A stretch of 64,000 nucleotides of DNA from Thermoanaerobaculia bacterium (GTDB taxonomy: Bacteria; Acidobacteriota; Thermoanaerobaculia; UBA5066; Gp7-AA6): NCBI GenBank assembly GCA_040879385.1, contig JBBDKM010000062.1, positions 4,707 to 68,706 of the forward strand, given 5' to 3'. The first letter of the stretch is position 1; each line of letters starts with the position of its first letter. The notes beneath the pieces are model-generated. The model saw nothing but the letters and a program-made list of their open reading frames with translations. It searched no databases and was not told where the DNA came from. The position numbers were made by a program, and so were the translations under genes. Below are positions 27,323 through 36,118 of this stretch, piece after piece.

Positions 27323-29284
27323 TCACGGACGCCAGTGAAAGAAAACGCCGTAACGGTTCGCATTGTAGTTGGCGAGCGTCCCCGCCTGGTCGAAGGCGGG
27401 CTGCTCGCCGTACTTGTCCCACAGCCATTCCCCGGCGAGGCCGACGTGCTCGGTGACGAAGTACTCGGCCCGCACCCGCGTCCGGTTGACGGTGAACGGG
27501 ATGGAGCCGCCGTTCTCCATCCAGAGGTAGGCCCCGTCGAGAGAGAAACGCTGCCAGGCGACGATCAGGCCGCCCTCCCAGGTGTGTCCGATCTCCTTCT
27601 GCGCCGTCGGAACGATGTCGAAGTCCTGCGGCTCGCGGATCAGGATCTTGCGGTCGGCTTTGAACTCGCCGCCGGAGGCCCGCAACGTCACGAGGCCCTG
27701 GAGGAGCGTCACCTCGACGTCGGCGAGGAACTCGCGGAGCTTGGTGCTGTACCCGATCTCGACGACGTCGTCGTTCGCATGGGTTTCCCGGAACGTGCCA
27801 CCGAGACGGACCAGGTCCTTCCAGGACCAACCCGCCCGGAGCTTGTAGCGATCGCGATTGATGAAATCGGTCCGGAAGATCGGCGCGTCCGCCTTGTCGC
27901 GCCGGTAGTCGGCACCGAGAGTGAAGCCCCACTGGGAGAAGGTCAGGCCGCCGCCGTACGTGTTGACGGTGCGGCTGTACCGGCCCGGCTCCGTTCCCGC
28001 CGCGAGCACGCTCGAGAGCTCCGAGCCGAACGTCACGTCCTGCTGCAACTGAGACCATCCCGCGTTGACGGCCACGGGCCCGAGCGCGCGGGCCAGGATC
28101 TGCGCGTCGAAAGTGGTGTCCTGGCGCTTCAGGGATGTTTCGGTGCGGACGATCTCGAGCAGATCGCCCACGGGGACCCCGCCGAACGTCACGGCGTCGA
28201 TGAACAAGCTGGAGGCCAGCGCCGTGCCCTCGAGGGTGCGGCGTCGTTCGGCCCAGCCGCCGGTCAGGTCGACGTTGGGCAACAGGTTGACCTCGGCCCG
28301 CGCCGAGGCGCGCCAGAAGTCCGTGCGCGCCCGGGACTCGATTGTCTCCTCCAGGCCCGAGAAGAAGCGCGCGATCTGGAACGAGACGAAGTTGCCGGCG
28401 TCCGCTTCGACCGAGCTGGTGTCGCCGCTGGCGTCGGCGCGGACGTAGCTGCCGATGAGCTTGACGCGGGACAGCAGGCGTCCGGTGATCCAGACGCTCG
28501 TGACGGGGGTGTTGGTCTTGTTCTCGGTCGTGCGGGTGATCTCGTCGGCATTCACGTCCTGGCCGAGGATCGGACCGCTCCCGTTTCCGCCGCCCGCCCC
28601 CGACTGGAGCAACACGGTGTCGGTCCAGCGGTACCTTCGCCAGCCCTGCGTGACGGCGCCCTGGACCGGCCCCGCGTCGAAGGCGAGCCCGATCCGGTAC
28701 TCCTCGTCCTTCGCGCTGACGTGCTGGTCGAGGGCGAACTCATCGGCGCCGAGGTTGTAGGTCGTTCGCCCCGGGCCCTGGTAGACGTTGCGCGTGTACC
28801 CGAGGATGGGCGTGATCATTTTTCCGGGGAGGATCTGCAGGGTCACGTCGTAGACATCGCGCGTGCGGTTGTAGGTATGTTGACCCGGAATGATCCCCTC
28901 GCCGATGAACGGGTTCGCGAAGGCCGGGAGCGCGCTGTACATATCCGCACGCCGCCAGGAGAAGTCGAGTCGGAAGAGATTCTGCCGGCCGGCCGACAGG
29001 CGCAGCATGCCCGCGGGGCCCGCGCCCAGGTCGGAGGCATCGATCCGGAAGTCGTCGAGAACGCCGTCGAGCGGCCCGGTGGAGGCCCAGTGGAGCGATC
29101 GCAGGAGCAGGCCCGGCCGGTCGTTGATCTGGGTCCGGTACATCTGTTCGTTGCCGGAGACGTCCACGAACCGATAGCCCAGCTCGAACTCCGGCGCCGT
29201 CGCCTGCGCGGAGATGGCCGCGGCCACGAGCAGGCCGGCGGCGCAGGCGAGAGCGGTGTGCGGCGGGCGCGAGGCTTTCTTCAT
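27323..29284 (-). CDS. Outer-membrane beta-barrel partner of the decaheme cytochrome (MtrB-like porin)
   Basis: Signal peptide, ELGYRFVDVSGNEQMYR start, amphipathic beta strands, position after the mtrA-like gene. Confidence 0.8.
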   Translation of the reverse strand: MKKASRPPHTALACAAGLLVAAAISAQATAPEFELGYRFVDVSGNEQMYRTQINDRPGLLLRSLHWASTGPLDGVLDDFRIDASDLGAGPAGMLRLSAGRQNLFRLDFSWRRADMYSALPAFANPFIGEGIIPGQHTYNRTRDVYDVTLQILPGKMITPILGYTRNVYQGPGRTTYNLGADEFALDQHVSAKDEEYRIGLAFDAGPVQGAVTQGWRRYRWTDTVLLQSGAGGGNGSGPILGQDVNADEITRTTENKTNTPVTSVWITGRLLSRVKLIGSYVRADASGDTSSVEADAGNFVSFQIARFFSGLEETIESRARTDFWRASARAEVNLLPNVDLTGGWAERRRTLEGTALASSLFIDAVTFGGVPVGDLLEIVRTETSLKRQDTTFDAQILARALGPVAVNAGWSQLQQDVTFGSELSSVLAAGTEPGRYSRTVNTYGGGLTFSQWGFTLGADYRRDKADAPIFRTDFINRDRYKLRAGWSWKDLVRLGGTFRETHANDDVVEIGYSTKLREFLADVEVTLLQGLVTLRASGGEFKADRKILIREPQDFDIVPTAQKEIGHTWEGGLIVAWQRFSLDGAYLWMENGGSIPFTVNRTRVRAEYFVTEHVGLAGEWLWDKYGEQPAFDQAGTLANYNANRYGVFFHWRP

Positions 29285-29289
29285 GTCGT

Positions 29290-30210
29290 CTACTTCAGGA
29301 ACGCCGGGGACAGGTTCGACCCGTGGACGGCGAAGTGGCAGGTCGTGCAGTTGCGGTAGCGAGGCAGCGTCAGATCGTGGAACGACGGAGGCTGGGGCCC
29401 CGCGGTCCGCGGCCCGCCGGTCTGGGAGTGGCAGGAGAGGCAAAGCTGATCGACGCGCGCCCAGAGGAGCATCTTCGGATTGTTCGAGCCGTGAGACTCG
29501 TGACAGCTCAGGCAGTTGCCCGCGGAGCCCGTGACGTGGTCGAAGACGAAGGGGCCGCGCTTCTCGGCGTGACAGCTCATGCAGACGAGCTCGCCGTCTC
29601 GCGTCATCCGGACCGTCCGGCCCTTCCGGTCGTGGGGGTCGTGGCAGTCGACGCAGGCCATCCCGCCGCGGTCGAGGCGGTGCGCATAGGGCTTGTTGCG
29701 GAAGGAGGCCGAAACGCTCGAATGACAGGTTTCGCAGAGCGGCCCCGGGTCCTTCGCGAGCAGATGTGGGCTCTTCGGAGCGGCTTTATGGATCGCGTGA
29801 CAGCTCAGGCAGTTCACCGCGGGCGAGTTCGCGTGAAATCCCGTCGTGAACGACTCGTGCTCGTTGGTCTTGTCGTGGCAGGAGAGGCAGTTCTCGGCGC
29901 CCGTGAGGCCGTGGAAGCCCTGGATGAAGCCCTCGCCGCTGGCTTCGATGTGTTTCGCGCCGTCCCCGTGACAGGTGGTGCAGAAGTCCTCGATGTTCGG
30001 CTTCGCATCCCGGTGCGAGGAGCGAGCGTGCGGGTTGGCCGCGAACCCCTTGACCTGCGCCTCGTGGCAGTCGGCGCACCCGGGAAGCTCCGCCGCTGCG
30101 GGGACCGGAGCAGGCGCCGGGGTCGGAGTGGGTGTCTGCGCTCGAGCCGGGAGGGCGAGGCCCACGCCGGCAATCAGCGCCAAACCGATGAGCCTCACGA
30201 CTCTTTTCAC
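29290..30210 (-). CDS. mtrA: MtrA/DmsE-family decaheme cytochrome c
   Basis: 10 CxxCH motifs; HAEKRGPFVFDH and VHGSN signatures. Confidence 0.9.
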   Translation of the reverse strand: MKRVVRLIGLALIAGVGLALPARAQTPTPTPAPAPVPAAAELPGCADCHEAQVKGFAANPHARSSHRDAKPNIEDFCTTCHGDGAKHIEASGEGFIQGFHGLTGAENCLSCHDKTNEHESFTTGFHANSPAVNCLSCHAIHKAAPKSPHLLAKDPGPLCETCHSSVSASFRNKPYAHRLDRGGMACVDCHDPHDRKGRTVRMTRDGELVCMSCHAEKRGPFVFDHVTGSAGNCLSCHESHGSNNPKMLLWARVDQLCLSCHSQTGGPRTAGPQPPSFHDLTLPRYRNCTTCHFAVHGSNLSPAFLK

Positions 30211-30252
30211 ACTCCGACGTCCTCGAGACTCGCGGCGGTCACTGCGACCGCC

Positions 30253-32343
30253 CTACCGCGCGTGGGCCTTGTCGACCGAGAACTCCCCTTCGGGTCCGTG
30301 GCAAGCTCCGCAGGCTTCGCCGAAAGGCGCCGTCATGACGAAGGCGTGAGCGGCCTGGTGCTTCTCATCGTGGCAGCCCAGGCACGCGGCCGCGACCGGC
30401 TGCATCGGCGAGTACCAGTCGCGGAGCGTGATCGTCGGAATGCGAGTCGCGAGCAGGTCATCTTCCGGCACCTGCTGGGCGCCCGGGACATGGCACTTCT
30501 CGCAGTCGCGGCGGTCGCCGGGGAACCGCAGCTCGTTGTAGTTGTGGGCCGTCCCGCCGAACCCGTAGATCGTGAGGTCCTGGATCAGCTCCTCGCCGGT
30601 GTGGATGCGGTGGATCATGCGCTTGAAGTCGATCGACTCTTCGGGAGCCTGATCCGCGGGCCGCCGCGCGACGTCGCTCGCGTTGGGGTTGTGGCACATG
30701 ACGCATTCTTCGGTGTTGAACCGCTGGCCGCCGTGGAGCACGAGCCGGTCGTGGCAGGTGTTGCAGTTGGCCAGGTCCACGACGATGCGGCGGGGCTCCG
30801 GCGTGCCTCCGGAGAGGTTGGCGTAGTGGACGACGTTGAACGCTCCCTCGGTGAAGTTGGGCCCCTCCGGCGGCGCCGGATCGAGGACGACGGTCCGACG
30901 GGCCTCGATCGAGAAGGCCCACGTGCCCGTCGCGTCCTCCGGGATCGCGTTGGTGAAGGTGAAGGTCGCGGTCGTCCCGTCGAAGCTGGCGCCGTCGGCG
31001 CGCTCCCGCCTCGGGTTGATGGCGTAGTCGGTGGTGGGGCCGCCCATCAGGAGGTTCAGGTTGCTCGCCCCGGCGGCCGTCGTGAACGAGGCCGGCGACA
31101 CGGGCGTCCCGTCGTTCTCGAGGATCTTGAAGACGACGGTCGGCTTCTGGCCGGGCGCGGCGTTCGAAACCGACACGATCTCGGAGTTGAGCCCCTTCAA
31201 CTGCGTCGACTTGTAGGGCACGGTGTGCGCGCCCTGGATCGAGGCGTCGAACTCGCGGTCCCCCTGCGGCCGGTGGCAGGAGGCGCATTCCGAGTCATCG
31301 ACTTTGATTCCGGCCGGATGGTTCTCGCCGGTGGCGAAGTTGACGTCGTCGTGGCACGAGCCGCAGGCCGCGCGGGACGGGAACGTGTAGTAGTTGAACG
31401 CCTGCGTGGCCGGCGCCGCGTGGCAGGTCGTGCAGTTGCGGATGTCCTTCGGGAGGGAGACCGTCGAGTAGTCGTGGACCGATTGCTGGAAGCCGATGAT
31501 CTGGTACGGCGTGCCGGCCTCGACACTCGGCAGGTTCTCGCCCCGGTGGATCTTGTGCACCATGACCTTGAAGTCCAGGGTGTTGCCGGTGTCGGGATCG
31601 ACGGTCTGCGGCTGATGGCACGTCACGCAGAGCTTGACGTCCTGCCGGGAGCCGCCGTGCAGGGCAAGCGGGTTGTGACAGGTGTTGCAGGCGGCGGTTA
31701 CCGTCTTGTCCCAGACCTCGGTGACCGCGTCGCCGTCGGGGCGGAAGTCGTACTCCACGTTGGCGAAGTAGTTCTTCTCCTGGATCCCCGCCATGTTGCG
31801 CGTGGCGTAGATCGCCAGCGTGTGAGTCTTCGAGCCGTCGTAACCCTCGGGCAGCACCGTCCTGAACTTGTAGGTCGCGCGGCCGAGCTCGAGATCCGTC
31901 CACGTTCCGCCCGAATCCGCGGCGGCCTGCGTCGCCGAGTCGTTGGTGATCGGGCTCGTCTGGATCCGCGTCGTGTAGGCCGTGTAGTACCGGGTGCCCG
32001 CGTTCCACCAGGCGAGCACCTGGCTGATGCTGAGCGGTCCGGGCGTCACCTGCCCCAGGCGATCGAGCGGCTGATCGAAATCGTCGGTGAACGAGAGGTC
32101 GACCAGCGGGCGCCGGTCCTCGGGGATCGTGATGCTGTTGACCGTGATGAGGAAGCCCGGGCGAATGTAGCCGAACTCGTCGGCGGTCATGTAGAACTCT
32201 TTCGAGCTCTTCTCGTAGAGGGCCTGCGGATCCGCGTTGCCGCGCGGCCCGATCGTCCGCGTCAATCGTGTGTTGACCGTCGGCACGACCAGGAGAGAAC
32301 CGGCCGCCATCGCCATCACGAGTCTGCCACGCAGGGTTTTCAT
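30253..32343 (-). CDS. mtrC: OmcA/MtrC-family decaheme cytochrome c
   Basis: Two pentaheme blocks separated by beta domains; CNTCH..LALHGG.R, DFKVMVHKIH and DFKRMIHRIH signatures. Confidence 0.9.
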   Translation of the reverse strand: MKTLRGRLVMAMAAGSLLVVPTVNTRLTRTIGPRGNADPQALYEKSSKEFYMTADEFGYIRPGFLITVNSITIPEDRRPLVDLSFTDDFDQPLDRLGQVTPGPLSISQVLAWWNAGTRYYTAYTTRIQTSPITNDSATQAAADSGGTWTDLELGRATYKFRTVLPEGYDGSKTHTLAIYATRNMAGIQEKNYFANVEYDFRPDGDAVTEVWDKTVTAACNTCHNPLALHGGSRQDVKLCVTCHQPQTVDPDTGNTLDFKVMVHKIHRGENLPSVEAGTPYQIIGFQQSVHDYSTVSLPKDIRNCTTCHAAPATQAFNYYTFPSRAACGSCHDDVNFATGENHPAGIKVDDSECASCHRPQGDREFDASIQGAHTVPYKSTQLKGLNSEIVSVSNAAPGQKPTVVFKILENDGTPVSPASFTTAAGASNLNLLMGGPTTDYAINPRRERADGASFDGTTATFTFTNAIPEDATGTWAFSIEARRTVVLDPAPPEGPNFTEGAFNVVHYANLSGGTPEPRRIVVDLANCNTCHDRLVLHGGQRFNTEECVMCHNPNASDVARRPADQAPEESIDFKRMIHRIHTGEELIQDLTIYGFGGTAHNYNELRFPGDRRDCEKCHVPGAQQVPEDDLLATRIPTITLRDWYSPMQPVAAACLGCHDEKHQAAHAFVMTAPFGEACGACHGPEGEFSVDKAHAR

Positions 32344-32909
32344 GGCGCTGACCTCCTCGCCTCGAACCCGTTTCTTTCGGGATTCTTGCTTAAACTACTC
32401 CTCGGAGCGGGGTTCATGTCAAGCCTTCTCATTCTAACCGCCGCCGGATCACGATCCGTTTGGGCGGTTTGATCTTTTCGTTCGGTCACGACCACGTTTC
32501 TCCCGAGGACCTCATCGCAGAATCGTCCCAGCGCTTCGTTGGAGAACTCGTCCCAGCCGCGGCAGGCGCCGTGCGAGATCGTCTGCGCGTCGCAGGCGAG
32601 GCAGACGCGAAAACGAATCTGCTCGCCGAGCTGCCAGATGTTGGCGAGCTCCTCCATCTGTGCCCGCGTCAGGTGCGTGCTCTCTCCGATGATCGCCGTC
32701 CAGCGCTCGTGGAACTCGTGGTCGGGCCAGCGGCGGAATCCCCGACAGAAGATGCCCCGCTCCGCGGCGACCTGGCACATCGAGTGCTCTTCGTCCGACA
32801 GCTTCCGAAGCGAGCTGCGGAGCCGGTCGATCGCCTCCGGGCGAGCCCAGACCTCCGGCTGCCTGCCTGCGGCCGTGTTCCGGACGTTTGCACCGAATGT
32901 GCGGCTCAT
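32340..32909 (-). CDS. Hypothetical Cys/His-rich cytoplasmic protein (paralogue A)
   Basis: ATGA overlaps on both sides; aligns with 32906..33313. Confidence 0.75.
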   Translation of the reverse strand: MSRTFGANVRNTAAGRQPEVWARPEAIDRLRSSLRKLSDEEHSMCQVAAERGIFCRGFRRWPDHEFHERWTAIIGESTHLTRAQMEELANIWQLGEQIRFRVCLACDAQTISHGACRGWDEFSNEALGRFCDEVLGRNVVVTERKDQTAQTDRDPAAVRMRRLDMNPAPRSSLSKNPERNGFEARRSAP

Positions 32910-33313
32910 GGAGCGCTATCGATGACGACGTGACGTCCCGCGAGGTCCCGGCAGAAGTTCTCGAGCGCCTCGTTGTGGAACGTGTTCCAGCCGTCGCAGC
33001 TGTAGTGGTCGCGTGTCTCGACGTCGCAGCAGAGGGCGAAGCCTTCGACCTCCTGCCGCCCGAGATGGTACAGGCTGACGAGTCTCTCGAGCTCTTCGCG
33101 AGAGGCGTGGGGTCGCGTTCGCGCGATCCAGTGAAAGCGCTCGCGGAACTGCTGGTCCGAGAGTCCGCGGAGCCCTTTGCAGAACACGCCGAAGTGCGCC
33201 GCCGCCGCGCAGGCGCAATGCTCGTCGTCGCAGAGCGCCCGAAGGCGTTCGCGAATGACCGCCATCGCCTGCGGCCGGGACAGGTGTTCGGGCCCTGGCA
33301 GCGCCTGCTTCAT
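32906..33313 (-). CDS. Hypothetical Cys/His-rich cytoplasmic protein (paralogue B)
   Basis: Shares DxEHxxC, GxFCxG and CDxxTxxHxxCxGWxxFxNEALxxFC with the neighbouring gene. Confidence 0.75.
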   Translation of the reverse strand: MKQALPGPEHLSRPQAMAVIRERLRALCDDEHCACAAAAHFGVFCKGLRGLSDQQFRERFHWIARTRPHASREELERLVSLYHLGRQEVEGFALCCDVETRDHYSCDGWNTFHNEALENFCRDLAGRHVVIDSAP

Positions 33314-33347
33314 GAGCGGATCATGGCAACGCGGGGTCGGGCCCGCC

Positions 33348-33573
33348 TGATGCAATCGGATCAAATTTCGCGAATCGGGCGCGCGCCGCGGCGGAACCGG
33401 CGCCGCGGGGCCGGAAGGCAGGGACCCGCCGGTCGTCAACCGCCTGCGTTCGACGAGCGCTCGGCCGCGCGGCCCGGCAGTCCTCGATGGCCGCGCGGGC
33501 CGAGGCCTCTTCCTCGGACACCCGGTCGGTGCGGCCCGGCCCAGCGCCGCTGGTTTTTGATGTGTTCACATCA
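33348..33573. promoter_or_regulatory. Divergent promoter with two TGAT-N8-ATCA palindromes (33348-33363, 33558-33573)
   Basis: TGATGCAATCGGATCA and TGATGTGTTCACATCA between divergent genes. Confidence 0.65.
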
Positions 33574-33649
33574 GGCGAGAAACCGGCGCGGCTGGTATCA
33601 GGAAACCGTGAGATTGCCGATCGAAAAGTCGACCCGTGGGGGACGTGCG

Positions 33650-34087
33650 ATGAGGATTCTGGTCGCCACGGATGGGTCGCGGGCGGGTATCGCCGCGCTG
33701 AAGTTCGCAGCAAGGCTCGCCACCGGCGACCCGAAGGCTCAGCTGGTCGTGCTCACCGTGGATCCGAGCCCGAACGGCGGCCCCCCCGGGAAGGGCGGCC
33801 GGCGCAGCGACGCGCAGAAGGCGCTCGAGAGCGCGGCCAGACATGTGCGCCGCCCGGGTGGTCCGCCGACGCGGTTCCAGCTCGTTCCCGCCCGGCGGGT
33901 CGACGAGGTGCCCGACGTGATCTCGCGCGAGGCCGATCGCATGCGGGCCGACATGGTCGTGGTGGGAAGCGAAGGCCGGGACACGCTCAACGAGTGGATC
34001 GTGGGGGGCACGGCCCTCCGGCTGATCTACGTGGCCCGCCGGCCGGTGACCGTAGTCCGGGCGCCCCGCAAGCGCCAGACCCGCTGA
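33650..34087 (+). CDS. Universal stress protein
   Basis: MRILVATDGS...ADMVVVGSEG...VGGTALRL..PVTVVR. Confidence 0.9.
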   Translation: MRILVATDGSRAGIAALKFAARLATGDPKAQLVVLTVDPSPNGGPPGKGGRRSDAQKALESAARHVRRPGGPPTRFQLVPARRVDEVPDVISREADRMRADMVVVGSEGRDTLNEWIVGGTALRLIYVARRPVTVVRAPRKRQTR

Positions 34088-34164
34088 CGCGGGCTCGACC
34101 GATCCCGGCGCCACGCCGGCCCCACCGGCCGATCGGTGCTAGGCTTTCGGCTTCCGGTCCAGCC

Positions 34165-34821
34165 GTGCCACGCTCATCCGAAGCTCTCGACCGAATTGCC
34201 CGAAGCGGAGAGGCGGTCTTCGCCATCGACTCCGCCGATCGGATCATTCTCTGGAACAAGAAGTGCGAGGAGCTGCTCGGCCAACCGGCGCGCGCCGTTC
34301 TCGGCAAGCGCTGCGACGCCGTCATCGGCGGCCGCGACGAGAACGGCAACGTCTACTGCTACCGCAACTGCCCGGTCGCCTTCCAGGCCCGCGAGATGCC
34401 GAAGGAGCCGGTGCATCGCTTTCAGCTCTCGGTCCAGACGGGAAAGGGAGCCCGCCGGGCGATCGAGGTGTCCCTCTTCGCGATCTCCGCGTACCATCCG
34501 GCGCTTTCGACCGTCGTCCACGTTTTGCGGGACGGGAAACGCAAGACCTCCGCGCTCGAGTGCGAGCTGGCCGAGCACGCGCAGGTCCGCGAGCCGCTCT
34601 GGCCGATGGAAACCAGGGCGGGCCAGCCCATCGATCTGACGGCGCGCGAGAAGGAGATCCTGCGGTGCCTCGCCGAGGGAATGCCGACGGTGGCGATCGG
34701 AAAGAAGCTCTTCATCTCGCCGGTGACGGTGCGCAACCACATCCAGAACCTCCTGCACAAGCTGGACGTCCACACCAAGCTCGCCGCGATCGTTTTCGCC
34801 TACCAGCACGACCTGATCTGA
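34165..34821 (+). CDS. PAS-LuxR one-component transcriptional regulator
   Basis: PAS (AVFAID..DRIILWNK); LTAREKEILRCLAEG...LFISPVTVRNH HTH; same length as 61526..62182. Confidence 0.9.
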   Translation: MPRSSEALDRIARSGEAVFAIDSADRIILWNKKCEELLGQPARAVLGKRCDAVIGGRDENGNVYCYRNCPVAFQAREMPKEPVHRFQLSVQTGKGARRAIEVSLFAISAYHPALSTVVHVLRDGKRKTSALECELAEHAQVREPLWPMETRAGQPIDLTAREKEILRCLAEGMPTVAIGKKLFISPVTVRNHIQNLLHKLDVHTKLAAIVFAYQHDLI

Positions 34822-34929
34822 ACTGAAGCGGGCGGCCGCCCGGGTGCCGATGGCCGGACCGTGCCCTGCACGGTGCTGATGCAAGTGCAACTGGCGCCTT
34901 GGGATTTCGCAGTCGAACCTCGTGAGGGT

Positions 34930-35357
34930 GTGCCACGCGTTTGATCTCGAAGGACGATGCCCCAACGCTATGACGCAAATCATAGGGAGGTTGCCAGTTC
35001 GTCAACACACTCGGCGGAAAGGAGGGTGACACGGTCTTTAATGTCGCGCTGCCGATCGCCGGTATGCAGCTCCCGCAGATGATGAAGAAGCCCGGGATCG
35101 TCAGCGTCAAGTGCGACGCGGGCCACACATGGGCCTATTTGCCGGAGGCCCGCCCGGAGGCCGGGCCGTTCTTGCCCGGCTCTCCCTGCCCCCTCTGCGG
35201 CTTCCCGGTCGCGCGGGTCGTCGTGAAGTGGGAAAGCGCGGAGCAACGGCGGCTCACGCCCCGAATCCGCGAAGACTTTCCGGAATGGCGGCCGGAGCTC
35301 GGAGCCTGTGAGCGTTGCCTCGAGGGATATGCCGTTCGGGAGGGGACATGGTTGTGA
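34930..35357 (+). pseudogene. Deleted duplicate of the nxr operon leader: promoter, cupredoxin-like fragment and Zn-ribbon protein fragment
   Basis: 34930-35030 matches 48548-48645. GMQLPQMMKKPGIVSVKCDAGHTW matches the 48652 gene. PGSPCPLCGFP...CERC matches the 49388 gene. Confidence 0.88.
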
Positions 35358-35650
35358 GCGCGGCCTCGCGCCGCGATCTTCTCCGGAGGTGGGCGGCGCC
35401 GGTCAGCCGCATGACCCGCGCCGTGACCCGGCCGGCGGTCGCGTGGATCGCGCCGGACATGTGCACGGCCTGGTCCGGCAGTGACTGCCGTGTCTGCGAG
35501 GCGGTCTGCCCGCGGCCTGGTGCGGTGCGGTTCGCCGCGGACGGCCGAGGCCCGCTCGTCGACCACGCGGTCTGCGACGGCTGCGGCCTCTGCATCGCGG
35601 CGTGCGAGCAAATGGGCTCGGCGGGGGCGATTCGCTGGGTATCCCGATGA
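35354..35650 (+). CDS. NapF/NapG-like 2x[4Fe-4S] ferredoxin (copy)
   Basis: CTAWSGSDCRVCEAVCP and CDGCGLCIAAC; paralogue of 50356..50628. Confidence 0.8.
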   Translation: MSAASRRDLLRRWAAPVSRMTRAVTRPAVAWIAPDMCTAWSGSDCRVCEAVCPRPGAVRFAADGRGPLVDHAVCDGCGLCIAACEQMGSAGAIRWVSR

Positions 35651-35670
35651 GTGCGGAGTGAGGAGGCGTG

Positions 35671-35949
35671 ATGAAAACGACCCGAAGGCAGTTCGCCAGG
35701 ATCGCCGGCGCCGCGGGGACCGGGGCGGCTCTCGGGAGGAAGGCCTTCGGTTTCCAGTGGCTCGAGCCCGTCGCCGTCGACAACCCGCTCGCGGCCTACC
35801 CGTCGTGTGACTGGGAGAAGGTCTACCGGGACCAGTACCGCTACGACTCCTCCTTCACCTGGGTGTGCTCACCCAACTGCACGCACGAATGCCGCTTGCG
35901 CGCCTTCGTCCGCAACGGCGTGTTCACGCGCGCCGAGATCCTGGAGTGA
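35671..35949 (+). pseudogene. nxrA: Truncated nxrA-like 5' fragment
   Basis: MKTTRRQF...CSPNCTHECRLRAFVRNGV is nearly identical to the 50642 gene, then stops after about 92 aa. Confidence 0.92.
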
Positions 35950-36118
35950 CCGCCCGGCGGCAGGATTTCCGGCGCCGGCAGTAACGACCGGAGATCTCGG
36001 TGTTTGGGTGGCACGGCGGGTTTCGGCGCCGCGGTTAGAATACGAACAGCCTGGCCGGAGGAGAGCGCCGGAGGAGAGCTCTGCCGAGATCCTGACGCAC
36101 GTCCAGGCGGCAAATCGG

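Noticed and set aside
29323-32472. 1049-aa plus-strand ORF
   Set aside because: Antisense shadow of mtrA/mtrC.
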